From: Syntrophales bacterium
Lineage (GTDB): Bacteria > Desulfobacterota > Syntrophia > Syntrophales > UBA6807
Length of the DNA: 64,000 nt
Reading direction: 5' to 3'
Assembly: GCA_040767195.1 (NCBI GenBank)
Contig: JAXGPA010000002.1
Coordinates: forward strand, 306,111 to 370,110
Each line of letters begins with the position of its first letter. Position 1 is the first letter of the stretch. This document shows positions 1 through 12,400 of the stretch, in pieces. The notes beneath the pieces were generated by a model. It was not told the origin of the DNA, did no database searches, and was given only the letters and a program-made list of their open reading frames with translations. The position numbers and the translations under genes are program-made.

Positions 1-151
1 CGGCAAAGGTGTGACCGATGAAATCGGGGAGGATGGTCGATCTCCGTGACCATGTCCGGATCACGTTCCGGCTTCCCGATTCCTCGCTCCTTTTTACCTT
101 GACAAGCAGATGCTCATCGACGAAGGGACCTTTTTTAATCGATCGTGCCAC
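1..151 (-). CDS. rpsS: 30S ribosomal protein S19 (5' part; runs off window start)
   Basis: Manual translation from GTG at 151: [15 protein letters not shown]...[19 protein letters not shown]; directly follows rplB. Confidence 0.95.
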   Translation of the reverse strand, partial: MARSIKKGPFVDEHLLVKVKRSEESGSRNVIRTWSRRSTILPDFIGHTFA

Positions 152-154
152 GGT

Positions 155-976
155 TTAACCTCTTCTCTTGACGATATACTTGTCCGAAGTTCTGTTTCTC
201 CTCGTTTTGTATCCTTTCGTCGGCTTGCCCCAGGGCGTGCACGGGTGCCGTCCGCCGGAGGATTTCCCTTCGCCGCCCCCCATGGGGTGGTCTATGGGGT
301 TCATGACGACCCCACGGACAATGGGACGGCGCCCCGCCCAGCGGGTCCGGCCGGCCTTGCCGACGCTGACATTCTCGTGCTCGATGTTTCCCACCTGCCC
401 GATGGTGGCCTTGCAGGCCATGAGGATCTTCCGCACCTCGCCCGAGGGAAGGCGGACCTGGGCGTAGTCGTCCTCTTTGGCCATGAGCTGGCCGTAAGCG
501 CCGGCGCTGCGGATAATCTGCCCGCCTTTGCCGATCCGAAGTTCCACGTTGTGAATCAGGGACCCCAGGGGGATGTTCTTGAGCGGCAGGGTGTTTCCGG
601 GACGGATTTCCACCTTCTCACCGCTCATGACGGTGTGCCCCACCTCGAGACCCACCGGGGCCAGGATGTACCGTTTCTCACCGTCGGCGTAGTGAAGGAG
701 GGCGATCCGGGCGGAACGGTTCGGGTCGTATTCGATGGTGGCCACCTTCGCCGGGATGTCTGTCTTTTCCCGCCGGAAGTCGATGACCCGGTATTTTCTC
801 TTGTGTCCCCCCCCGATGTGCCAGGAGGTGATCCGGCCGCGGTTGTTCCGGCCTCCCGTTTTTTTGAGCGGCCGAAGAAGACTCTTCTCCGGGGTGGTGG
901 ACGTGACCTCCTCGAAGGTCATCCCCGTCTGAAAGCGCCTTCCGGGGGATGTGGGTTTATAGGATTTTATGGCCAT
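155..976 (-). CDS. rplB: 50S ribosomal protein L2
   Basis: [35 protein letters not shown] motifs; S10 operon order. Confidence 0.99.
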   Translation of the reverse strand: MAIKSYKPTSPGRRFQTGMTFEEVTSTTPEKSLLRPLKKTGGRNNRGRITSWHIGGGHKRKYRVIDFRREKTDIPAKVATIEYDPNRSARIALLHYADGEKRYILAPVGLEVGHTVMSGEKVEIRPGNTLPLKNIPLGSLIHNVELRIGKGGQIIRSAGAYGQLMAKEDDYAQVRLPSGEVRKILMACKATIGQVGNIEHENVSVGKAGRTRWAGRRPIVRGVVMNPIDHPMGGGEGKSSGGRHPCTPWGKPTKGYKTRRNRTSDKYIVKRRG

Positions 977-1002
977 GACCTTTTTCCTTTACCAGATGAC
1001 TT

Positions 1003-1290
1003 TCAGACTTCACTGAAAATATCGATGGTGTCGCCCGGTGCCAGTTTCACCGTGGCTTTCTTCCAGTTTCTTCGCCTGCCCATGGTCCGGCCCATGCGCT
1101 TCTTTTTTCCCTGCATGTTTACCGTTCGCACGGACAGGACCTTCACCTTGAACAGTTTCTCGACGGCGTTCTGAATCTCGATCTTCGTCGAACCCGGCGC
1201 CACCTCGAAAACATACTGGTTGCTCTGTTCCCGGGAAATCGTCGATTTCTCCGTCAAAAGCGGCCTTCGGATGATCGAATAGAGCTCCAT
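1003..1290 (-). CDS. rplW: 50S ribosomal protein L23
   Basis: PLLTEKS, KIEIQNAVEKLFKVKV, WKKATVKL; position between rplD and rplB. Confidence 0.98.
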   Translation of the reverse strand: MELYSIIRRPLLTEKSTISREQSNQYVFEVAPGSTKIEIQNAVEKLFKVKVLSVRTVNMQGKKKRMGRTMGRRRNWKKATVKLAPGDTIDIFSEV

Positions 1291-1291
1291 T

Positions 1292-1912
1292 TTACGTCAA
1301 CGCCCTTTCTATAAGTTTTACGGAAGGTTCCATCAGCACGAGATTTCTGTATTTCATGAGGTCGAACACGTTGATTCCCTCGGAGCGCATCATTTTTACA
1401 TCCTTGATGTTCCTGGATGACTTTTCGAGAATCTCGTTCTTCTTATCCAGGACAATGAGGGCGCTCTTCAACTCAAAGCGGTTCAGGATCTCCTGGAAAT
1501 GTTTCGTCTTGATTTCCACCATGGGAATGTCCCGTAGAACCAGGATTTCCTCGTTTTTCATCTTCAGGCTGAGAGCTGACCGAAGGGCCGCCCGGCGCAC
1601 CTTTTTAGGCACATTGTAGGAATAGTCCCGCGGCCTGGGCCCGAAAACGACGCCACCCTTGCGCCAGATAGGAGACCGGGTTCGCCCGGCCCGGGCCCGG
1701 CCCGTTCCCTTCTGCCGCCAGGGCTTTCGACCACTGCCACTCACCTCGCTCCGCGTCTTCGTCGATGCCGTTCCCTGCCGCCGGTTGGCGAGCTGCATCT
1801 TCACGACCTCATAGATGACGCCGTCATTCACCGGGACAGCGAAAACCCCGTCGCTGACCTCGATTTCAGACACCTCGTTCTTTTCCACATCGTAAACTTT
1901 TAGCAGAGCCAT
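1292..1912 (-). CDS. rplD: 50S ribosomal protein L4
   Basis: [14 protein letters not shown] and FGPRPR motifs. Confidence 0.98.
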   Translation of the reverse strand: MALLKVYDVEKNEVSEIEVSDGVFAVPVNDGVIYEVVKMQLANRRQGTASTKTRSEVSGSGRKPWRQKGTGRARAGRTRSPIWRKGGVVFGPRPRDYSYNVPKKVRRAALRSALSLKMKNEEILVLRDIPMVEIKTKHFQEILNRFELKSALIVLDKKNEILEKSSRNIKDVKMMRSEGINVFDLMKYRNLVLMEPSVKLIERALT

Positions 1913-1941
1913 GGTTCTTTACCGCGTTCCTGGTTGTATGT

Positions 1942-2571
1942 TTATTTCTTTATTGATTCCCGCACCATGACGATCCCGTTTCGATGCCCGGGAACGGCTC
2001 CGTGGACAATGAGAAGGTTCCGTTCCGGCTGGACCCCGAGAACCATGAGATTTTGAACGGTCTTTCGCTCGTTTCCCATGCGGCCGGGCAGTCGCGTCCC
2101 CTTGAACACCCGTGACGGGTAAGCGCTGGCACCGATGGAACCGGGGGCCCGATGAAACATGGACCCGTGGGACGCCCGGCCTCCATGAAAACCGTGGCGC
2201 TTGACGACGCCTGCGAACCCGCGGCCCTTCGTGGTTCCGATGACATCGACGTACTCGCCGATCTCGAAGATGTCGCTTCTCAATTCCTGGCCGATCTCGA
2301 AACCCTGTGGCTCGTCCACGGGGAATTCCCGGAGCACCCGGAAGTACCCCTGGCCGGCTTTCTTCATGTGACCCCGCCTCGGTTTCGTCACCCGCTTTTC
2401 CTTTGCCGGCTCGAACCCGATCTGGATAGCGTTGTAACCGTCCTTCTCCCTTGTCTTCCTCTGAATGACAAAGCAGGGGCCGGCCTCGATGACCGTCACC
2501 GGTATCCGCGATCCGTCCTCCCAGAAGAGCTGGGTCATTCCCAATTTTCTGCCGATTAAGCCTTTATCCAT
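1942..2571 (-). CDS. rplC: 50S ribosomal protein L3
   Basis: GRKLGMTQ, KGRGFAGVVKRH, HRAPGSIG motifs. Confidence 0.98.
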   Translation of the reverse strand: MDKGLIGRKLGMTQLFWEDGSRIPVTVIEAGPCFVIQRKTREKDGYNAIQIGFEPAKEKRVTKPRRGHMKKAGQGYFRVLREFPVDEPQGFEIGQELRSDIFEIGEYVDVIGTTKGRGFAGVVKRHGFHGGRASHGSMFHRAPGSIGASAYPSRVFKGTRLPGRMGNERKTVQNLMVLGVQPERNLLIVHGAVPGHRNGIVMVRESIKK

Positions 2572-2604
2572 TGTTCACGCAATCTCTTCAGGCGTTTTAG
2601 AACC

Positions 2605-2647
2605 AAAAAAGAGGAGATGGATATTTTGACAAATCCTCCATCTCCCC
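2605..2647 (-). terminator. Intrinsic-terminator-like hairpin between rpsJ and rplC
   Basis: Minus strand GGAGATGGA...TCCATCTCC 9-bp stem followed by TCTTTTTT. Confidence 0.5.
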
Positions 2648-2661
2648 GTAAACGAGCCGCT

Positions 2662-2970
2662 TTATAACTTGATCTCTACATCTACCCCTGCGGATAAATC
2701 CAGCTTCATCAAGGTGTCAATGGTCGCCTGGGTCGGTTCGATTATGTCGACGATTCGCTTGTGGGTTCGGATCTCAAACTGCTCCCGTGACTTCTTGTCC
2801 ACATGGGGCGACCGGTTGACGCAATAGCGATTGATTCTCGTGGGGAGCGGGATGGGCCCCGCCACCCGGGCACCGGTGCGCCGCGCCGTTTCTACGATAT
2901 CCTGGGCCGATCTGTCAAGGAGCTTGTGATCGTAAGCTTTGAGCCTGATGCGAATCTTCTGGTTTTCCAT
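2662..2970 (-). CDS. rpsJ: 30S ribosomal protein S10
   Basis: [32 protein letters not shown]. Confidence 0.99.
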   Translation of the reverse strand: MENQKIRIRLKAYDHKLLDRSAQDIVETARRTGARVAGPIPLPTRINRYCVNRSPHVDKKSREQFEIRTHKRIVDIIEPTQATIDTLMKLDLSAGVDVEIKL

Positions 2971-2994
2971 CTGCCTATCTACCTGAAACCGTCA

Positions 2995-4188
2995 CTATTC
3001 AATAATCTGACTGACCACGCCGGCGCCGACGGTCCTGCCGCCTTCGCGGATGGCGAACCGGAGCTGCTCTTCCATGGCGATGGGGGTGATGAGATCGATG
3101 CTCATCTCCAGATTGTCGCCGGGCATGACCATTTCAATGCCCTCGGGAAGCGTCGCGACGCCGGTCACGTCGGTTGTCCTGAAATAAAACTGGGGGCGGT
3201 AACCGGAAAAGAACGGGGTGTGCCGGCCGCCTTCTTCCTTGGTCAGGACGTAGACCTGTGCCCTGAATTTCGTGTGGGGCGTGATGGACCCCGGCTTGGC
3301 CACGACCTGGCCGCGCTCCACTTCGTCGCGCTTCGTGCCCCGGAGGAGGACGCCGATGTCATCACCCGCCCGCCCCTCGTCGAGGGTCTTGCGGAACATT
3401 TCCACACCGGTGCAGACCGTCTTGAACGTCGGCCGGATTCCGACGACTTCCACTTCCTCGCCGACCTTGATGATACCCCGGTCCACCCGTCCCGTCACCA
3501 CGGTGCCGCGGCCGGAGATGGTGAACACGTCGCCGATGGGCATGAGGAAGGGCTTGTCCAGGTCCCGGGCCGGTTCCGGTACGTAATTGTCCACGGCGTC
3601 CATGAGTTCCCAGATGCTCTTGGCGTCTTCCGAGTCGGGGTCATCCGTTTCCAGGGCCTTCAGGGCCGACCCCCGGATGATGGGAATCTCGTCGCCGGGG
3701 AAATTGTACTGGGTCAGGAGTTCCCGGAGTTCCAGCTCGACCAGGTCGAGCAGCTCGGGATCGTCCACAAGATCCACCTTGTTCATATATACGACGATGT
3801 AGGGAACCTGAACCTGACGGGCAAGAAGGATGTGCTCCCGGGTCTGGGGCATGGGACCGTCGGAGGCGGCGACGACGAGGATCGTTCCATCCATATGAGC
3901 GGCGCCTGAAATCATGTTCTTTATGTAGTCCGCATGGCCGGGGCAGTCGACATGGGCATAGTGTCTCTTTTTTGTCTCGTACTCCACGTGGGCGATATTG
4001 ATGGTCACGCCGCGCTCCTTCTCTTCCGGAGCGTTGTCGATCTGATCGAAAGCCTTGTACTCGGCGAGACCCCTTTTCGCCAGATGCTTCGTGATGGCGG
4101 CCGTGAGGGTCGTCTTCCCGTGATCGACGTGCCCGATGGTCCCGATATTCAGATGGGGCTTCGTCCTTTCAAATTTTTTCTTGGCCAT
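2995..4188 (-). CDS. tuf: Elongation factor Tu
   Basis: [50 protein letters not shown] upstream. Confidence 0.99.
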   Translation of the reverse strand: MAKKKFERTKPHLNIGTIGHVDHGKTTLTAAITKHLAKRGLAEYKAFDQIDNAPEEKERGVTINIAHVEYETKKRHYAHVDCPGHADYIKNMISGAAHMDGTILVVAASDGPMPQTREHILLARQVQVPYIVVYMNKVDLVDDPELLDLVELELRELLTQYNFPGDEIPIIRGSALKALETDDPDSEDAKSIWELMDAVDNYVPEPARDLDKPFLMPIGDVFTISGRGTVVTGRVDRGIIKVGEEVEVVGIRPTFKTVCTGVEMFRKTLDEGRAGDDIGVLLRGTKRDEVERGQVVAKPGSITPHTKFRAQVYVLTKEEGGRHTPFFSGYRPQFYFRTTDVTGVATLPEGIEMVMPGDNLEMSIDLITPIAMEEQLRFAIREGGRTVGAGVVSQIIE

Positions 4189-4253
4189 GTCCTTTACCTC
4201 CTTGGAGTAAAAAGTGGTTCACTAAGGTTCTCTCCGTCCCCGTTCATCGGCTA

Positions 4254-4282
4254 ACTTTACCGAAAGTCCAATGGATTTTCAA
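4254..4282 (-). promoter_or_regulatory. Putative sigma70 promoter for tuf (TTGAAA-N17-TAAAGT)
   Basis: Hexamers at 4282-4277 and 4259-4254 with 17-bp spacer in the rpsG-tuf gap. Confidence 0.55.
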
Positions 4283-4338
4283 CAACTTCTTTTCTTACGA
4301 CAGGCACGGGAATGACCGAGGTCCCGATACCCGGGACG

Positions 4339-4809
4339 CTAAAATCGATAATGGGAAAACGCCTTGTTGGCTTCCGCCATCTTATGGGTGTCTTCTTTTT
4401 TCTTGACGGCGGCCCCCCGGCTGTGGGAGGCGTCGATGAATTCCCCGGCCAGCTTCTCGAGCATGGTCTTTTCCGAACGCGACTTGGCGCTGTTGATGAG
4501 CCAACGGATCGCCAGGGAGTTCCTGCGCCTTGCGGGAACCTCCGTGGGAACCTGATAGGTCGCGCCGCCGACACGGCGGGACTTGACTTCGATGACGGGC
4601 TTCACGTTGTCGAAAGCCTTCTCAAAAACTTCCAAAGGGTTTTCCTTGGTCTTCTGCTCTATGAGATCGAAAGCGCCGTACATGATGCCTTCGGCGGTGC
4701 TCTTCTTCCCTTTGCGCAGAAGGCTGTTGATGAACCTCGCCACCTGGACGCTGTTGAACTTCGGATCGGGCAGGATCTCCCTCTTGGTGACTTCTCTTCG
4801 TCTCGGCAT
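4339..4809 (-). CDS. rpsG: 30S ribosomal protein S7
   Basis: [34 protein letters not shown]. Confidence 0.99.
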   Translation of the reverse strand: MPRRREVTKREILPDPKFNSVQVARFINSLLRKGKKSTAEGIMYGAFDLIEQKTKENPLEVFEKAFDNVKPVIEVKSRRVGGATYQVPTEVPARRRNSLAIRWLINSAKSRSEKTMLEKLAGEFIDASHSRGAAVKKKEDTHKMAEANKAFSHYRF

Positions 4810-4822
4810 GGGAAAACCTCAA

Positions 4823-5194
4823 TTATCCTTTCTTCTTCGCGCCGTATTTCGACCGGCTCCGCTTCCGGCCCTGAACGCCGCTGGCATCGAGGGTGCCCCG
4901 GACAATGTGGTACCGGACGCCGGGAAGATCCTTGACGCGGCCCCCCCGGATCAGAACCACCGAGTGCTCCTGGAGATTGTGCCCCACACCGGGAATGTAA
5001 GCCGTCACTTCATAGCCGCTGGTTAAGCGTACCCGGGCCACCTTTCTCAAGGCCGAGTTGGGCTTTTTGGGCGTCGTCGTGTACACCCGGACGCAGACGC
5101 CCCGCCGTTGCGGGCAGCTGACCAGGGCCGGCGTTTTCTTTTTCTGTTGTATCTTTTCCCGCCCGCTGCGGACGAGCTGATTGATCGTGGGCAT
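4823..5194 (-). CDS. rpsL: 30S ribosomal protein S12
   Basis: [34 protein letters not shown]. Confidence 0.99.
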   Translation of the reverse strand: MPTINQLVRSGREKIQQKKKTPALVSCPQRRGVCVRVYTTTPKKPNSALRKVARVRLTSGYEVTAYIPGVGHNLQEHSVVLIRGGRVKDLPGVRYHIVRGTLDASGVQGRKRSRSKYGAKKKG

Positions 5195-5243
5195 TCTCTA
5201 TCTCCGTTTTTTCATGAGCTTGTCGAAAAACTCAAGCTAATTA

Positions 5244-8200
5244 TCAATTCACGGCATCCATGTCAAGCGTTTTCTCATTCTCCTCATCGGGCAGATCCAC
5301 GTCGTCAGTGTCTTCCCCGGCCACCCGGATTCCCAGTTTACGGTAGAGGGGAAGGCCCGTCCCCGCGGGCACCAGCCGTCCCATGATGACATTTTCCTTG
5401 AGCCCGCGGAGATGATCGATTTTCCCGGCCAGGGCCGCTTCCGTGAGGACCCGTGTCGTCTCCTGGAATGAAGCCGCGGAAATGAAGCTCTGGGTACTGA
5501 GCGAGGCCTTGGTGATTCCCAGGAGGACCGGCTCCGCCGTGGCGGGCACCCCGTCGGCGTTCTTGGACCGTTCATTGGCGTCCTCAAAACGGATCCTGTC
5601 CACCTGCTCGTCCCGGAGAAGGCCCGTGTCTCCCGGCTCGCTGACCCGCACCTTCTTGAGCATCTGCCGGACGATGATCTCGATGTGCTTGTCGTTGATC
5701 TTGACGCCCTGGAGACGGTAAACTTCCTGGACCTCGTCCACGAGGTACCGGGCCAGTTCCTTTTCCCCTTTGATGTTCAGAATATCGTGGGGATTCACCG
5801 CCCCGTCCATGAGGGACTGGCCGGCGATGACCCGGTCTCCTTCCTGAACGGTCACGTGCTTCCCCTTGGGGATGAGATACTCTTTCGGGTCCCCTACCTC
5901 GGGGGTGATGACGATCCGCCGTTTTCCCTTCAGATCCTTCCCGTAGACCACGATGCCGTCGATTTCCGAAATGACGGCGCATTCCTTGGGCTTCCGGGCC
6001 TCGAAAAGCTCGGCCACCCGGGGAAGGCCTCCGGTGATGTCCTTGGTTTTCGTCGTTTCCCGGGGAATCTTGGCCATGATGTCGCCGGCCTTGACGGGAT
6101 CTCCTTCGGACACGACGATGTTCGTTCCGACGGACAGGAGATGCCGGGCGTCGGCATTCGTCCCCGGCGCCTTGGCCGTCTTTCCTTCGGGGCTCTTGAT
6201 GGAAATCCGGGGCCTCATGTCGAGATCCCGGTATTCCACGATGACCTTCCGGGAAAGGCCCGTGACTTCGTCCACCTGCTCCTGCATGGTCTTTCCCTCG
6301 ATGACGTCACCGAACTTCACGGTGCCGTCGACCTCCGCCAGGATGGGCAGGGAGAAGGGATCCCACTCGGCGAGCCGGTCCCCGCGCTTTACCGTGGCGC
6401 CTTCATCGATCCGGATGTGGGCGCCGTAGGGCACGGGATACTTGCCGCGGTTGCGGCCCTCCTCGTCCAGCACGTGGATTTCCCCGATGCGGCTCATGAC
6501 GACCAGATCGTTCCGGCCTCTTTTAGCCCCGTGGATGTTGACGAACTTCAGGATACCCTCATGGCGGGACTCGAGGGTCGACTGCTCTTCGAACCGGGCC
6601 GTTCCACCGATGTGGAATGTTCTCATGGTGAGCTGCGTCCCCGGTTCCCCAATGGACTGGGCGGCTATGATCCCAACGGCCTCGCCGATATTGACGAGGT
6701 GGCCGTGGGCGAGATCCCGGCCATAGCACTTGGCGCAGACGCCGTAACGGGACTTGCAGGTCAGAACGGACCGGATGGTTACCTTTTCCAATCCAGCACC
6801 GTCGATTTTTTCCGCCAGGGCCTCGTCGATCTCCTCGTTGGCGGGCACCAGGACTTCCCCCGTAAAGGGGTCCCGTATGTCGTCCAGGGCCACCCGGCCC
6901 AGGACCCGCTCCCCCGCCGTCTCGATGATCTCACCGCCCTCGATGAGCGCGTAGACATCGATGCCGTCCAGGGTCCCGCAGTCCTCTTCGGTCACCACCA
7001 CATCCTGGGCGACATCCACGAGCCGCCGGGTCAGGTACCCCGAGTTAGCCGTCTTGAGGGCCGTGTCGGCGAGCCCCTTCCGGGCGCCGTGGGTGGAGAT
7101 GAAGTATTCGAGAACGCTGAGCCCCTCCCGGAAATTGGCGGTGATGGGCGTTTCGATGATCTCGCCGGAGGGCTTGGCCATGAGACCGCGCATGCCCGCC
7201 AGCTGGCGGATCTGGGCGGCGCTCCCCCGGGCCCCGGAATCGGCCATCATGAAGATGGGGTTGAACCGCTCGGCCTTGCGCTTCTTCTCTTCCGGGGCGT
7301 CGACTTCTTCCGATGCGATGTCCCGAAGCATCTCGTCGGCCACCCGCTCTGTCGCCTGGGCCCAGATGTCGATGACCTTGTTGTAGCGCTCGCCGTCGGT
7401 GATGAGCCCGTCCATGTACTGCTTCTGGATTTCCAGGACATCCAGGTTCGCCTTGTTGACGATTTCCGTCTTGTTCTTGGGAACGATCATGTCCTTGATG
7501 GAAATGGAGATGCCCGACTTGGTGGCATACCGGAAGCCCAGGTCCTTCAGGCGGTCGGCCAGGATGACCGTCGTCTTGGCGCCGCAGGTCCGGTAGGCGT
7601 AGTCGATGAGGTTGGCCAGTTCTTTCTTGTTGAAAACCTTGTTGATCTGGGGGAAGGGGATGTCATCGGGGACGACCTCGTAGAGAAGAACCCTTCCCAC
7701 CGTGGTGTCCACGAGACCGCCGTTCACCCGGACCCGGATATTGGCGTGCAGATCCACCTGTTCGGCATCATAGGCGCTTCGCACCTCGCCGACATCGGAA
7801 AAGGCCATGCCCTCGCCCGTGACGCCGCCCATCCCCTTGGTGAGATAGTATATTCCCAGAACGATGTCCTGGTTGGGAACGATGATGGGCTTTCCGTGCG
7901 CCGGCGAGAGGATGTTGTTCGTCGACATCATGAGGACCCGGGCCTCGATCTGGGCTTCCAGGGATAGGGGGACATGAACGGCCATCTGGTCTCCGTCGAA
8001 ATCGGCGTTGAAGGCCGAGCAGACGAGGGGGTGAAGCTGGATGGCCTTCCCCTCGATGAGGACGGGCTCGAAGGCCTGGATCCCGAGCCGGTGCAGGGTG
8101 GGTGCCCGGTTCAGAAGGACCGGGTACTCCCGGACCACCTCCTCGAGGGCGTCCCAGACCTGGGATTCCTCCCGTTCCACCATTTTCTTGGCGCTCTTGA

Positions 8201-9383
8201 TGGTCGTGACGAAACCCTGGTCGAGGAGCCTGTAATAAATGAAGGGTTTGAAGAGCTCCAGGGCCATCTTCTTGGGAAGGCCGCACTGGTGAAGGCGCAG
8301 ATCGGGACCGACGGTGATGACCGACCGGCCCGAATAGTCCACCCGTTTGCCCAGGAGGTTCTGCCGGAACCGGCCCTGCTTTCCCTTGAGCATGTCGGAA
8401 AGAGAACGAAGGGGCCTCTTGTTCGACCCCGTGATGGCACGGCCGCGCCGGCCGTTGTCGAAAAGGACGTCCACCGCCTCCTGGAGCATCCTTTTTTCGT
8501 TACGGATAATGATCTCCGGGGCGTTCAGTTCCTGCAGCCTTTTCAGCCGGTTGTTCCGGTTGATCACCCGCCGGTAGAGATCGTTCAGGTCCGACGTGGC
8601 GAAACGCCCGCCGTCCAGGGGGACCAGGGGACGGAGGTCGGGGGGAATGACGGGAAGAACCGTCAGAACCATCCACTCGGGACGGTTATTCGATTTTTTC
8701 AGCGATTCGAGTATCTTCAGTCTCTTGACCAGCTTCTTCCTCTTCGTGTCCGAGGTGGCCTCCGCCAGCTCCGCCCGGAGTTCGGCGATGAGGCCGTCCA
8801 CATCCACTTCCTCGAGAAGTTCCCGGATGGCTTCGGCGCCGATTCCCGACCGGAAAGCGTCCTCACCGAATTTTTCCCGGGCCTGGAAAAGTTCCTCTTC
8901 CGTGAGAAGCTCCTTTTTCCGAAGCGGGGTGTTCTTCGGGTCGAGCACGATCCATGACTCGAAATACAGGACCTTTTCCAGCTCTTTCAGGGTCAGGTCC
9001 AGGACGTTTCCGATGCGGCTGGGAAGGCTCTTGAGAAACCAGATGTGGGCCACCGGCGAGGCCAGGGTGATGTGTCCCATCCGGTCCCGGCGGACCTTGG
9101 ACTGTATGACCTCGACACCGCATTTCTCGCAGACCACGCCGCGGTGCTTCATCCGCTTGTAGCGGCCGCAGAGGCACTCGTAGTCCTTCACGGGACCGAA
9201 GATCTTGGCGCAGAAAAGGCCGTCCCGCTCGGGCTTGAACGTCCTGTAATTGATTGTTTCAGGCTTCTTGACCTCGCCGTGGGACCACGAGAGGATCTTT
9301 TCCGGCGAGGACAGGGAGACCCGGATCGCGTTGAAACGGATCGGGTCCTTCGGTTTTTCGAAAAACGAATAGATATCTTCCAC
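5244..9383 (-). CDS. rpoC: RNA polymerase beta' subunit
   Basis: NADFDGD catalytic motif, N-terminal Cys4 zinc finger, [13 protein letters not shown]. Confidence 0.99.
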   Translation of the reverse strand: MEDIYSFFEKPKDPIRFNAIRVSLSSPEKILSWSHGEVKKPETINYRTFKPERDGLFCAKIFGPVKDYECLCGRYKRMKHRGVVCEKCGVEVIQSKVRRDRMGHITLASPVAHIWFLKSLPSRIGNVLDLTLKELEKVLYFESWIVLDPKNTPLRKKELLTEEELFQAREKFGEDAFRSGIGAEAIRELLEEVDVDGLIAELRAELAEATSDTKRKKLVKRLKILESLKKSNNRPEWMVLTVLPVIPPDLRPLVPLDGGRFATSDLNDLYRRVINRNNRLKRLQELNAPEIIIRNEKRMLQEAVDVLFDNGRRGRAITGSNKRPLRSLSDMLKGKQGRFRQNLLGKRVDYSGRSVITVGPDLRLHQCGLPKKMALELFKPFIYYRLLDQGFVTTIKSAKKMVEREESQVWDALEEVVREYPVLLNRAPTLHRLGIQAFEPVLIEGKAIQLHPLVCSAFNADFDGDQMAVHVPLSLEAQIEARVLMMSTNNILSPAHGKPIIVPNQDIVLGIYYLTKGMGGVTGEGMAFSDVGEVRSAYDAEQVDLHANIRVRVNGGLVDTTVGRVLLYEVVPDDIPFPQINKVFNKKELANLIDYAYRTCGAKTTVILADRLKDLGFRYATKSGISISIKDMIVPKNKTEIVNKANLDVLEIQKQYMDGLITDGERYNKVIDIWAQATERVADEMLRDIASEEVDAPEEKKRKAERFNPIFMMADSGARGSAAQIRQLAGMRGLMAKPSGEIIETPITANFREGLSVLEYFISTHGARKGLADTALKTANSGYLTRRLVDVAQDVVVTEEDCGTLDGIDVYALIEGGEIIETAGERVLGRVALDDIRDPFTGEVLVPANEEIDEALAEKIDGAGLEKVTIRSVLTCKSRYGVCAKCYGRDLAHGHLVNIGEAVGIIAAQSIGEPGTQLTMRTFHIGGTARFEEQSTLESRHEGILKFVNIHGAKRGRNDLVVMSRIGEIHVLDEEGRNRGKYPVPYGAHIRIDEGATVKRGDRLAEWDPFSLPILAEVDGTVKFGDVIEGKTMQEQVDEVTGLSRKVIVEYRDLDMRPRISIKSPEGKTAKAPGTNADARHLLSVGTNIVVSEGDPVKAGDIMAKIPRETTKTKDITGGLPRVAELFEARKPKECAVISEIDGIVVYGKDLKGKRRIVITPEVGDPKEYLIPKGKHVTVQEGDRVIAGQSLMDGAVNPHDILNIKGEKELARYLVDEVQEVYRLQGVKINDKHIEIIVRQMLKKVRVSEPGDTGLLRDEQVDRIRFEDANERSKNADGVPATAEPVLLGITKASLSTQSFISAASFQETTRVLTEAALAGKIDHLRGLKENVIMGRLVPAGTGLPLYRKLGIRVAGEDTDDVDLPDEENEKTLDMDAVN

Positions 9384-9488
9384 GGGATGAACTCCTGTGT
9401 TTCTTTTTAGTTTATATATTCAAGGCTTCCGGTTTCACGAAAAGCCCTTCGCAGCACGCTTCTTGAGACGTTGCGGTCACGCCGGGGG

Positions 9489-12400
9489 TCAGGACTCCTT
9501 CTCCTCGGGGTTCTCGACCAGGTCCACGTCAATGGCCAGCCCCTGCAGTTCCTTGACCAGCACGTTGAACGACTCGGGGAGGCCCGGTTCGAGGCTGTGC
9601 TCGCCTTTGACGATGGCCTCGTAAATCCTCGTCCGGCCCGCCACGTCGTCCGACTTGACGGTGAGAAACTCCTGAAGGGAGTGAGCCGCGCCGTAAGCCT
9701 CGATGGCCCAGACCTCCATTTCCCCGAGGCGCTGGCCTCCGAACTGGGCTTTCCCGCCCAGGGGCTGCTGGGTCACCAGGGAGTAAGGCCCGATGGACCG
9801 CGCATGGATCTTGTCGTCCACGAGATGGTGGAGCTTCATCATGTAGATCATGCCGACGGTGATCATCTGATCGAAGGGCTCTCCCGTTCGGCCGTCGAAA
9901 AGGAGGGTCTGCCCCGTCACGGGAAGACGGGCTTCCTGGAGAATGTCCTTGATCTGCTCTTCCTTGGCGCCGTCGAAGACGGGGGAGGCCATGGGGATTC
10001 CGGTTTTCAGGCGGTCGACGAACCGGCGAAGTTCATCCTCCGTCGCCCCGTCCACAAAGCGGCTGAATTCCCGGGACCCGTAAATCCGTTTCAGCTCCTT
10101 GCGGATGGCGGAAGGGGAATATTTCTGTTCCATGACGGCCTGGATCTTTTCGCCGAGGCCCTTGGCGGCCCAGCCGAGATGGGTCTCGAGGATCTGTCCC
10201 ACGTTCATACGGGAGGGGACGCCCAGGGGGTTCAGAATGATGTCCACCGGGGTCCCGTCGATGAAAAAGGGCATGTCCTCCTCGGGGAGTATCCGGGAGA
10301 GAACCCCCTTGTTACCGTGACGGCCGGCCATCTTGTCCCCCACGGAAAGCTTGCGCTTCACGGCGATGTAGACCTTGACGAGCTTGATAACGCCTGGCGG
10401 CAGTTCGTCGCCGGCCTTCAGCTTCTCGATCTTCTCGGCGAAAAAGGCCTTGATGAGATCCACTTTCCGGTCGAAATTGGAAAAGAGATGGGTCAGTTTC
10501 TCTTCCGTCGCCTCATCCTCGAGAGCCAGGTCTTTCCAGAGATAAAAGGGAATCCCGTTCAGAATGTCCTCCGTGATTTCCTCGCCCTTCTTCAGGAGCA
10601 CCCTCTTCCGGTTCGGGTCGGAGAGTTTCGAGGCCGCCTTTTGCCCGACGACCAGTTCCCGGATCTTGTTACGGACATTGCCCTGAATGATCCGGATCTC
10701 GTCGTCCCGGTCCTTGAGGATCCGCTCCGTCTCTTCCCGCTCGATCTTTTCCGACCGGGGGTCCTTTTCCGTCCCCTTCCGGTTGAAGATCTTGGCATCG
10801 ATGACGATCCCTTCCTCCCCCGGCGGCACCCGGAGAGAAGTGTCACGGACGTCTCCCGCCTTCTCGCCGAAGATGGCCCGAAGAAGCTTCTCCTCCGGGG
10901 AGAGCTGGGTTTCCCCCTTGGGGGTCACTTTCCCCACCAGGATATCCCCGGCCTTCACAAAGACCCCCCGTCTCACGATCCCGCTTTCATCGAGGTTACG
11001 GAGAGCCTCGTCCCCCACGTTGGGGATGTCCCGGGTGATTTCCTCCTTGCCCAGCTTCGTGTCCCGGGCCACCGTCTCGAACTCTTCGATGTGAATGGAG
11101 GTGTAGATGTCTTCCTTGACGATCCGTTCGCTTACGAGAATCGAGTCTTCATAGTTGTACCCGCCCCAGGACATGAAGGCCACCATGACGTTCTTGCCCA
11201 GGGCCAGCTCCCCGTTTTCCGTGGCCGGCCCGTCGGCGATGATTTCGCCACGGTTCACCCAGGTCCCCCGGGTGACGATGGGCTTGTGGTTGAAACAGGT
11301 GTCCTGGTTGGAACGCTGATACTTGGTCAGATTGTAGATGTCCACGCCCGTGTCGATGTCGTCGGCCAGTTCCTCGTTGCACTTGATGACAATCCGGGAG
11401 GCGTCGACGTCCTCCACCACGCCCGATCGGCGGGCAACGATGACGGCGCCCGAGTCGCGGGCGACGACGGACTCCATTCCCGTCCCCACGACAGGCGCGT
11501 CGGGCTTCAGCAGGGGAACGGCCTGGCGCTGCATGTTCGATCCCATGAGGGCGCGGTTCGCGTCGTCATGCTCCAGGAAGGGAATCAGCCCCGCGGCGAC
11601 GCTGACCAGCTGGTCCGGGGAGACGTCCATGAGGGTGACTTCCCCGGGCTCGACGGTGACATAGTTTCCGCCCTTTTTGGCGATTACCAGGGGTTCGTCG
11701 ATCATCCCCTTGTCGTTCAGATGGGTGCTCGCCTGGGCAATCACCTCCGTTTCCTCCTCCGTGGCGGAGAGATAGACGATCTTGTCGGTTACCTTGCCGT
11801 TTTCCACCACCACCGACGGCGTCTCGATGAACCCGAAATCATTCACCCGGGCATAGGAGCTGAGCGAAACGATGAGGCCGATGTTGGGGCCTTCCGGGGT
11901 TTCAACGGGGCAGATGCGCCCGTAGTGGGTGTTGTGGACGTCCCGGACCTCGAAACCCGCCCGCTCCCGGGTCAGCCCTCCGGGGCCCAGGGCGGAAAGA
12001 CGCCGCTTGTGGGTGATCTCCGAAAGGGGGTTCGTCTGGTCCATGAACTGGGAAAGCTGGCTGCTCCCGTAAAATTCGTTGATCACCGCCGACACGGGCT
12101 TGGCGTTCACCAGGTCGTGGGGCATCATGGTCTCCACGTCGAGGAGGCTCATTTTCTCCTTGATGGCCCGCTCCATGCGGACAAGCCCGATGCGATACTG
12201 GTTCTCGATGAGTTCCCCCACGGAACGGATCCGCCGGTTTCCCAGGTGATCGATGTCATCCACGGTATAGCCGGGAAGCCCGTTCTTCAGTCTGATCAGG
12301 TAGTCCACGGCCTTGAGGATGTCTTCCCGGGTGAGGACCGTCATGTCCGGCGGGGAGCCCATCCGGAGCTTGTAATTGATTTTCCACCTTCCCACGTCGG

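Noticed and set aside
5239..5266. rpsL promoter inside the rpoC 3' end (TTGACA then GATAAT)
   Set aside because: The spacer is only 15 bp to the best -10; plausible but not supportable without TSS data.
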